The translations under genes and the position numbers were made by a program. The notes below the pieces were generated by a model that was given only the letters and a program-made list of their open reading frames with translations, made no database searches and was not told the origin of the DNA. A stretch of 64,000 nucleotides of DNA from the NCBI GenBank assembly GCA_030141605.1, contig JAQGDQ010000008.1:1550001-1614000 (forward strand). The letters run 5' to 3'. Positions within the stretch are counted from its first letter, which is position 1, and every line of letters begins with the position of its first letter. The DNA is from Tubiluchus corallicola. Its lineage: Eukaryota > Animalia > Priapulida. Of this stretch, positions 54,376 through 64,000 are shown in pieces.

Positions 54376-57300
54376 ATGTCACATGGCACGAGTTTAACAA
54401 GGTTTGTAGCCTAGTGATCTTAAAAATAAAACTTAGAACTGTTCTTTACAATAATTAACGAACTCTTACGAAGATAATGTGTCGCAGACTACGTAGATAG
54501 ATGTAATGATGTATAACACAATCCTTGCTTAGTAGTTGGACGTGTACCATTAAGGAACATACAGGTAGGATTTTCTATGTTAAAACGATTTTTTCAAAAC
54601 CAGTTTGTAGAGACAAACTCGAGGTTCATTCTACATTATACAGTTCTGGGGCTTCTCCCGCAGTCCTTGTTATATTATCTCGACCGTCACGCTATATTCT
54701 CAATAATAACTAACGTTTATACGCCTGCAACCTAATTTTACTTTTTGAAACACTGCTAGTTTATTGTGCCTGGGATAAAACATATGGTAAAACTATTGTT
54801 TTATGACTACTGTAACATAGCTGATGATGGTTTACAGTTTACAGCCTCTTCTTTCGAATGAGCGTGCGATATCTGAAGCAAATGGTAGAAAATTTAAGAT
54901 GTAGACTCAAAAAACTTTACAACTACTCACTAAGAATTTATAACAAGATTATTGTCATTGGTCGATTAACTGTTAAGAAAACTGAAAATTAAATTAGTGA
55001 TCAATTACAAACCCTGTAATATTTGTGGTGTAGGCTGGGAAAAATTAAATTGAATGAGAATGATGTAATTAAAATTCTCAATTGATTTGATTTCTTAATC
55101 TCTTAATTTAAAAGCATTTATTTATTTCAGAAAATGCAGTTTTGATGGCAGCTTTGAAGTTGTCGACTTTACTGAGAGAGAAGGTGAGTCAGACTCCCCA
55201 ATTAGACGGCTTATATCAAATGATGTGAAAAACACAAGAGGTAGCCCAGTTAACAAGAACAAATTTCTGCAACTTTTTGATGAGGATGGGCGACTAGTTG
55301 ATGAACATGCTCTACGAAAAGCAGTTTTTAAGGGTATGTGATAAATATTTTATTCTTTGCGTCGTACAAAAGCAGTGCAAAAAATTTGGTAAGCAAGTAT
55401 TGTAAAGGTGGATTTTTCAGACATTTATCTTGTTCGTACATGTCCTACATCAATCACGATTAGCTAGTATTGGAAAATATGGTTTCATTTAGGTCTAAAG
55501 TATCCCTAGAAACTATATAGACAATACATATGAAAATAAATAAAAATGAAGCACCTGGTTAAAACTATATTTGGTGCAAGTAAAAACGGTGAAATTGAGC
55601 TGAGAATTGTACGCTCTAGATTTTGTAGCAGTAAGAGACAATTCTGTCTTGTTAGTGTTGTTAAATGATAATTATCAATACAAATTCTGTATCGTATCGA
55701 AGCGATACGGAAAATAGACTAGTATCGTTATTGTGTCAACACTATCCTGAAAAAATCTTTATCATATCAATATCAAGATGTATTCCAACCAAATCGCAGC
55801 TCTCCAGCTGACGTCTCTTTACATTTGCGCATCGGCTTTTTTAAATTATTGTTAAATAACTCCACTTTTGAAAAAGAAATACTTGACAAACATTTCTTCT
55901 CATTCACAGCTAAGTTTTATACCTTCACAAAGATTGACAGATTTCGAATGCACTACCACAAGCAGCATTACTAAAGGATGGGAAGAACTGCCAAATTACC
56001 ACAGTACAGGCAGAAGTTAATTAAAGTTTGTTTTTGATGTTACATGTTTTATACTCGCATAATATACTTTGCTGTTACACTCGCATAAGTTAATTTGCTA
56101 TCAAAATATATCAGTTTCTATCGAGTTTAAAAATTATCACAGAAGAATTCTATTACTATTTGTATTCTGTTATATTAATATTTGATATCATATCGCCGGG
56201 AAAAAAGTATCGCCTTATACAGATGTCATGTCTCCCACTTATTATATATTAACAACATTATATTTAAGTTTGTGAAAGACTTTGTAATCTACAAGATTGC
56301 AATTCACACATGCTCTATCTATATCTAAGACTATAAAAGGATATCTTGCATAAATGCAAACTAAAGTGTTGTTAAAAACTAAACTGCTTTAACATTTGAA
56401 AACAGTAATATGTTGTAGAATAAAAGTCATTGTAAGAGCCTTATGTAAACAAACAAAACTTTTGCCCCATTTTATTAACTTCTGGTGGTAGCCATTAGCG
56501 ATCACAATAAATATTTCTTGGCTTCACGGTAAAGTGCTTCCGGGATGTAGAACCTTTTACATTTCTTCAAGAGTGTAGTGAAATTTAAACAAAGGATAGT
56601 TTTAACTCCTTATTAAACATTGTAATTTTGCCAGTATGAAATTATTTAATAACAAACAATAATAATAATGATAATTGGATTTGCTTAAGTGCTATCTATC
56701 AATTATTTTCAAATCTATATACATATATATTGATATCATTACTTTTATTTTTATTAGACTGAACTAGTTTGTTTATACTTTCTATTTCCAACTTTTTTAG
56801 GTGGGATTACATCTGATGCAAGACCACAAATCTGGCAGTTTTTATATGGGCTTTATCCTTTCACATCTACTACAAGGTATGTGTGCTTGCCATTTGTTGT
56901 CTGAACGTGCTAAATGTTGGAAATGGTTTAGAAATTAAGCATAGTTTATTGTGTTAGCACAGTGGTTCCGTCTCTCACATGCTGATGTTATTTACACGCA
57001 TATGTAACTTGTATTTAATCAGTACCAAGTAAATTGAATCATTGCTTTTTGTCAGAGAAAGGGAACAACTACTAGTCGAAAGCTACCTGAAGTACGAAGC
57101 ATTAAAACAACGTTGGAAAGAAGAGCTGCTCCGCTGCAAAGATGACCCGGAAGTGGCCGAACTACTGCAACCAAAATGGTCGCGAAACTTGAAGACTGAT
57201 GCAGTTGGCGAATGTGACGATCCTGTGTCTAGACTAAGCTCCACAGCTGAGGGAAAACAGCAAGTCATGTTTATGAAAGTTCAAGCTCAGGTACTTTTGT

Positions 57301-60300
57301 CAAAAGTTTAGCAAGATTATTTGTCTATTCACTTGTGTGCTAGTGTGGGATTTATATTTGTTATGTGGCCTGCCTTTGATTCTTCTTGCTTTAGTTGGCT
57401 GATATTCATAGTTATAATACTTGGCCATACGGCCTTTTTTGTACCCAATTTGAATATTTAGTATTAGATTAACCAAATGCAAAATGCAGGTGTATAGAAT
57501 GCCATCGCTCATTTTAGCCCGCAGGCTTTCTCAGTTCAAATACGTACTTTTGTGTATAAACAGAATGTGTACTGCCTATATGTAACGACTGAAAGTCAAA
57601 ATGAAGAAGCAAATAAGTGTTTTGTAATTCCATTTCTTGTTTTGATCATGCTGCAGTCAAATACTCATTACTAGTTTTTTGTTTAGTAGCCCTATGCATT
57701 TCGAATTTATGTGAGTAGGCATAGTTAATAAAGATATTATATTACAGCTTTCTCAAATTTCTTTTAGGTATATGCTGGTCGACAAGATTTTGACCTGGAC
57801 CAGTTGAAGACCTCTATTAGGGTTATAGACAAAGATGTTCCAAGAACAGATAAAGATCAAGACTTTTTTAAGTGAGCTGCTCTTTTGTGGAAGTAGTATT
57901 CCCGCTTCATTTTGCATACGTTACATACAATGTATAAAATTTAGATATTTTCTGAAGTTTCTAGACATTTCATATAATACTCAGGCATACCGAGAAAAGT
58001 ATCAAATAAATGTTTTTATTGTGATATATTCACATTTTACATAGATATTTTGTGTAATGGCTAAGATATGTATAGAAGGCATAAACTGACTTTGGTAAAG
58101 TGTAAAACGAACATAATTCATGTTTAATCTTTACTTTTCGTGGGTAGTTTATACTGGCATAATTTAGGCATTGTACCTAATGCATGGAATGACTTAGTGT
58201 ATTAAATTAAGCAAATATTCAAGTTGGTGAGCTTTTGGCAGTGGATGCACCGTTACCACCTTAGACAACAGTTTGACCAGGTGGACCACTTTCTATACCT
58301 ACAAAGCAGGGATGTTATGTAAACGAAAACTTCATTTTGGTTTGCCGATAATTGCGCTTTTGGTTACGTTTAATTTTTGTCGAAAATTATTAAGTTTCAC
58401 AGCCGAAACTTTCTGTAGTTTTCGGTAGTATTTTTCCAAGGTTTTAGTAGCATTTATCCAGCTTACATTTTTCTCCTAGATGTTAAAAATCACTGAAAAA
58501 TTTTGGCTAAAATAGTTCAAACGAAGCGTAAATATTGTTTACTTACTAATAAACTTACTTAACTTTTCGTACCGTTTACAACAAAGAATATCTTCAGTGC
58601 TGACGACTGTGAAACTTTAAGGTCTCCAGGCACAACCAACCATATTATCAAAATGTAATTTGAATGAAACAAAGTTTAATTTTATTCTTTATGAAATATA
58701 GGCAACAAAATATTTACAAAATAAATTTGTCAATTTTTTGTAGCTTCATGATCTTTCAACCATAAACATTGTTCTTCTTTTTTGGTTAGATTTTTTGCCT
58801 AGCTACTTCAAGCTTGTATCAGATGAAATATAAGCAAACAAGCAAAAACAAAGTATTTTATTAATTCCAGAATTTTTTTAGTTTTGATAGTAGTTGTGTT
58901 GCAAAAATGGTTTTGGTTCGGTTTTGTTTTGGTATCGGTTTCGTACGTTTCGTAAATTTTGGTTTTGGTTTTGGTCAGTAAAGTCAATTTTGTCAATATT
59001 CCTGCTAGGCAGCCTGCTTTTCAAAGTCATGTATAGACATTATGTTAAATAAATAAATCTTACCTTCTAATTTCTTACCTTCGAAAAAAATCAATATCAA
59101 GTGCCTGGAAAAAAATTATGCGAAATAAAGCCTAAGCGCTTTAGACTGTTACTCGTCTTTGTAGTGAGTAAACCGATTTCCTTCTCTTGCACCGTTCTTT
59201 CATCATTGAGTAACTTGCCAAAAACAACCTTGTTATTCGTTGTTGGTTTACTCTCCTCCTAATATACTTATAGGTTTTAAAATAGGAAGTTCCTTGCATG
59301 GAGTTCTGCATCAAGTTCACGTTAAAACTAGTTACATTATTTCCTCTCATTATTCCAGTAACAAGTTCAGAATCCATGTTACTAACTGTGTGGTGGAGCA
59401 GATTCTCAGGCTTTTGTTTTCCAACATTTGTAGGACTTTTCTGAAAATTTATCTACTTGTATCTTTTCAACCACTTATCGGCCTTTGACAAAACATGCAT
59501 CAGACAATTAACAGTCTGTCGCATGACACAATATGCGATATCCGCTACATCTCGAATCATGATCAGTTTTGGACAATTGATGAAAACTTCCTAAAGTGCT
59601 ACTTTTGGGTGCACGCACCGTGACACTCATTTTTTGAAGAGGTTAATCCACAATCGATAAACATTCAGGAATCAGTAGCCAGTCAGTTTCTATATCTTGA
59701 TAATAAAACTTTATATTTTGGTATAATAAAACACCAACAAAAAATTCTGTCGGTCCGCTATCAGTTATCGATTTCCAATAAAAAGCGTCAAAATGCTAAA
59801 AATTAGTATTCAAAGTGCTATAGTGCCAAAAATTTCGATCAGAGGTTCCAAAATAAAGTAGGAGTTTTTTGGCTTGGCTTGCTAATTATTTACCATTACT
59901 ATATTGCCAATTAACACATAGTTACTAACTGTTCTGATTAATTTGTCTTATTATAGTGTATGAATCATAATTCAGTGCTTAAATTAAACAAGCATGACTT
60001 CTAGATTAAGTTTTTATTCTGTTGAATAAATATGCTTAACTGATCATCATTTGATAGTGGCATTAAATCTGTATTTTCAGGGGTGAATTTAATTCCAATA
60101 TGCTGAAGTTGAGAGATATACTTGTCACTTTTGCCGCATTTTTGCCAGAAGTTGGATATGCGCAGGGAATGAACGATATATGCAGCAAACTGTTGATAGT
60201 CTTAAAATCAGAGGTGCGTAATTACAGATGAACTAAGCATGTTGCATGAAACTAAGCAGTGTGAATATTGCTATGAATAAATTTATTATATCATCATATA

Positions 60301-63300
60301 TTTCACATTTGGACATGTATGGCACGACATGCATTGTTCTAAGGCAGCATTACTCTAGGGTGACAAACTGTTACTGTACTGTAGCATCAATATGAATTTG
60401 TTTACATTTCTTTCTTTTTGTGTTTTTTCGTTTGCACTTGTACAAGATTAGTTTCTGCTTATTCAGGTCGAGGCATTCTGGAGCTTTCGCAATTTCATAG
60501 AAAAGATACAGCTTGAGTTTGTAGCGGAAGGGATGCTTAATAAACTTGGTAAGTCTCTAAACTTTTTTCTGGCCATCTAGTGTGTATTTGTTTTTGTCCA
60601 AACCCACATCTTGTTTCATGCAGTGGCGGCTTATGTATAGGCACTACGGAACTGCAACATCCCCTATTTTCACTCTATATTATCTATAACATTCAATATA
60701 ATGATTTTTTTAAGTCCTTCTTTATACTTGTACATTATACAATGCTTAAGCTTAATGTCAGTAGCCATCCCCTAGTTCATGAATAAATTACAAACATCCT
60801 TGTATGGAGCTGTATGCTTCACAGGTGTTTGGCTGTTGTGTGTATGTGGCCAGGCGCACATGTCCGAGCTGAGAATTGCACGCTAAGTAGAGAGAGCACT
60901 GTTGCTCACATCGTGCCGACCCTGTTGTGCAAGTGTAAGGTAGTGTTTCTTTTTGACTAAATTTTCTGTATGTTTATTTCATTTTATACAATATTAAAAC
61001 AATGGCTAAACATTTTTTGAAGCAGCACCTCCACTAATCTTAACTACGAGCCGCCACTCACTGCTTACTGCCTGCTCACTGTGTCACGTGGTGATGATGT
61101 GTCACAAGTAACATAATGTTTGTCTTTAGCAGGACATTCATCAGTCTTCGCGTTTTTCCTAAATCTAACTTTGTACGTTTGTGTGTATCATATTTTTTAT
61201 TTTTATTAAAAGTGGTTTTTGCATCTTGCTCACTGCTTTTTATAGTTCTTCTAAAGCAACTGTTAGAAAGCTTGGATCCAGACCTGCTTCATTACTTAGT
61301 ATCATGCGAGGTGGGAGATATGATGTTTTGTCACAGGTAAAAAAGGTTGCATTGTATTCAAGTTGTATTGTTTCATTTATACATAGTTCAAAGGTCAGAA
61401 AATTTGACAATACTGGTATGACTGCTTGGTGAAAGTACTTGTATTTATGGGTGGAGCACTGAAGTCACATCTTGTCATGAAATTACTAACTAAACAGCAT
61501 ATAAGTTACTTCACATTGTAAGCTGGCTTCACATTGTACGGCTTCACAATTCCGTAATATGCATACATGGTAAGTTCCAGCAATGCCATGAATTCTGTTG
61601 ACTACAGCTGCAATTAACAAATAAAATAAAGATGCTGGCAAACATTTTTTAACTCAATTGTATCTCTGAATAATTCACCTGCTCTATTCCCATAAATATA
61701 TGATACATGTAGGAATCAAACTTGTCATGCTTCGCTGCTTGCAGAAAAACAAAAACAGCAAACAAACAAACGTTTTAAAGTAGGATTTTACTTACTATAA
61801 ATGCATGGCTTTAGTCTTGCATTTATAAGAAGAACTGTTATGATAAGTTGAAGCACAAGAAAGCCCTCCACTTGTCTTATATAAAGCTTAAAAAATTCAT
61901 CTTGAAATTTTATACTACTTACGTACTGCCTTTTTGCATACAGGACTTGCATTGGTAGTAACGCTGTATATAACATAAATTTAAACTCCCGCAATGACCT
62001 TTAGATGCAGCCATTTTAACGATAAGTCATTTGAACCAGGTTTAGATAACACTAAATAAAGTTTGAAAATATAATTAGAGCATTTGTGGCATACACATCT
62101 CTAACTAACTAAAATTTTAAATCACTGTATCTTGTCAATAAGATTAAAAATACGTTTTTTTGTTAGTGAGTGGTGCACCCTAGAGGGTGAGTCAGCGACA
62201 TTTCATGAATTGGTGAAAACATTTTAAATAATTAATAATTTTCTTATCTAGTTACATGAGTCTTTCAAGCAGGTAAGCGAAATGCCAAGTGACATAACTT
62301 TGCATGGAAAGTTTTTTAGGACATAGTTTAAATTTCCTTTTCTTCGCCTAATTTACATTGCTTGTATATTACGTCATGTAATGGCATGGTCGCTACAGTG
62401 TTGCCGGAGATTTAGAATGAAAATAAACAAAAAACCCTTTCAACGCGAGTACGATGTACGCATAAATTTGGTATAAAGTAATATAATTTTTTAAGACAAT
62501 TTTTTTGAAACCTACTTCAGGTATCCCTTTTCTTGTCCTTTAAGATAAAATCTTTATTTAAACTCGAATGAGCCACAGGCACCTTTACATCCAGCTTTAG
62601 TGTACTAAAGCAATACACAGTATAAATGAATATTAAAAAAATGCAAAATATGAAATACAATTTAAACCTATAGAAATTTTACATGCATTTTTTTTCAAAA
62701 TAATAAAAAGTCACAATTATACAATAAATAAAAGATTGTGAGGTTTAAATTCAGTTGACAAAAATGAACACAAATTGATAAAAAGAAAAAATACAGTACA
62801 GTAAGTTCTCGCTTAACGTTTCGTTTTAACGACGCTGACCTTTTGACACCTTTTTCACTTAACGATGCGTGTTTCACTTTAGCGACGATTTTTTTGCTTT
62901 GCTCAAGCCAAGTTTTTTTTGTCAACAACATTTTTACGTAATTTGATGCATTAAAACAATACATATTGCATTGTTCTGTTCTAAAAGTGTAAACAGTGTA
63001 ATTATTATTTACATTTTTGTTTCCCGGCTGACTACTAAAATTTAATGCTAGCCGTTTATATCAAGCGAGGCTTGCCAGCAAACTTTATGCGTACAACGTA
63101 TTGCTACAGCAACCAGATTAAGTATCTCGATAAAATTTCCAAGGTCGCACAGGGCTTGGCTTTGACTCTGCAATGCTGTCAAACAAATAAAACTGCCAAA
63201 AGAGAAACTATCGAAAGTGTTACTAACAAAAGAGAAACCGCTATAGCTAGGTAATGGTAAGTAAGATATATAGGTGATTTCAGGCAAGCAGAAAAAAATT

Positions 63301-63765
63301 AATCAGTAGAAATATGAATAAAACTCTTAAAATGTTTCAGTTATATGATTTAACCAGCATTGACGTTTGCCTCTGGAATTTATCTCAATTCTTTTACATT
63401 ACTTTCTGTTAAACTCTTGGCTTCGTTTAATGACGTTTCACTTAATGTCGTGTTTTGCTAGAACGCATTAGCATCATTAAGTGAAGACTTGCTGTATATA
63501 TAAAAAATTTCTGGGTATACAAGATTGCAGTGACACAAATGTTATTCTATTTATGTGTTTATAAATAGATTCTAAACACACGTTATTCTAAAAACTTTTA
63601 TTTGATTTACTTTCAGATGGCTGATTTTAGGATTCAAGCGAGAATTTAGCTTTGAGGATGGGCTGAAGTTGTTTGAGATATTGTCTAGTCATCATCTGGA
63701 ATTGAACTCAGTGGAAGCTGAGGCTCATCGTCAATTGCAGAGACACAAAGATTTTGAAGGCAAAG
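54376..63765 (+). CDS. TBC-domain Rab GTPase-activating protein, TBC1D15/17 (Gyp7)-like; 3' part continues beyond window
   Basis: join(54376..54401,55131..55333,56801..56876,57056..57290,57768..57871,60081..60213,60467..60548,61246..61336,63617..>63765), GT-AG and phase-consistent. Motifs: DEDGRL...LRKAVFKGG....R..IWQFL.G.YP; arginine finger IDKDVPRTD; glutamine finger GYAQGMND; EAFWSF; FCHRWLILGFKREF. The first 26-nt exon is less certain. Confidence 0.9.
55653..56260. mobile_element. hAT-like MITE with TATCG subterminal repeats
   Basis: TIRs TAGTGTTGTTAA / TTAACAACATTA and clustered atcg/cgat motifs near both ends. Confidence 0.5.
58307..59004. mobile_element. hAT-like MITE with (GGTTTT/CGAAAA) subterminal repeats
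   Basis: Ends CAGGGATGTT / AATATTCCTG; arrays of ggtttt/gtttcg near both termini; only a partial 8-bp TSD. Confidence 0.45.
60621..61058. mobile_element. Non-autonomous DNA transposon with CAGTGGCGGCT TIRs
   Basis: AGTGGCGGCT (60622-60631) and its exact reverse complement AGCCGCCACT (61049-61058). Confidence 0.55.
61775..62543. mobile_element. Dispersed repeat family D (Kolobok-like), copy in a TBC gene intron
   Basis: Bounded by TTAAAG...CCTTTAA; colinear with 45255-45900. Confidence 0.7.
62799..63494. mobile_element. pogo/Tigger-like MITE family A, copy 3
   Basis: TA|CAGTAAGTTCTCGCTTAA ... TTAAGTGAAGACTTGCTG|TA; colinear with copies 1 and 2. Confidence 0.85.
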
Positions 63766-64000
63766 GTAAATATGTGATTAGATACTGGAGTATGTTGACT
63801 CTCATACATTATTGACCATGTTGAGATCTCTATGTGGTAGTGGCATATATTGTTGCAACACAAACTGTTGCAAGTGGATGTCAAAGCTACATGCCTTCGA
63901 CTAGTTTGGCTGCTTTGACATTGCTTACGTAAGAAACATTGACACATCAATATGGGATATCTTGGAAGTCGTTATCTTCGTATTTCTTCGTATGTTTTTA

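Noticed and set aside
59141-59488. Overlapping short ORFs in a TBC gene intron as another nested gene
   Set aside because: No recognisable domain, no consistent splice structure; probably decayed repeat.

Overview
AT-rich, intron-rich animal (invertebrate-like) nuclear DNA, not prokaryotic. I reconstructed six protein-coding genes by hand from splice sites and reading-frame phase. (1) MCM4: minus strand, 18 coding exons, 861 aa, with one clear U12-type (minor-spliceosome) intron. (2) A 3-exon secreted i-type lysozyme/destabilase-like gene on the plus strand, 232 aa, with an unusual N-terminal coiled coil; the ORF track does not show it as a gene. (3) AGXT2: minus strand, 12 coding exons, 521 aa. 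(4) An intronless, divergent ethanolamine kinase nested antisense inside an AGXT2 intron. (5) An intronless glucosidase II alpha subunit (GANAB). (6) A TBC1D15/17-like RabGAP on the plus strand that runs off the window and appears to start directly at a LIR-like motif. Introns and intergenic DNA are dense with non-autonomous DNA transposons (pogo/Tigger-, hAT-, piggyBac-, Kolobok- and Helentron-like), tRNA-headed SINE remnants, LINE 3' remnants and microsatellites. All family assignments come from recalled motifs; no database search was run.
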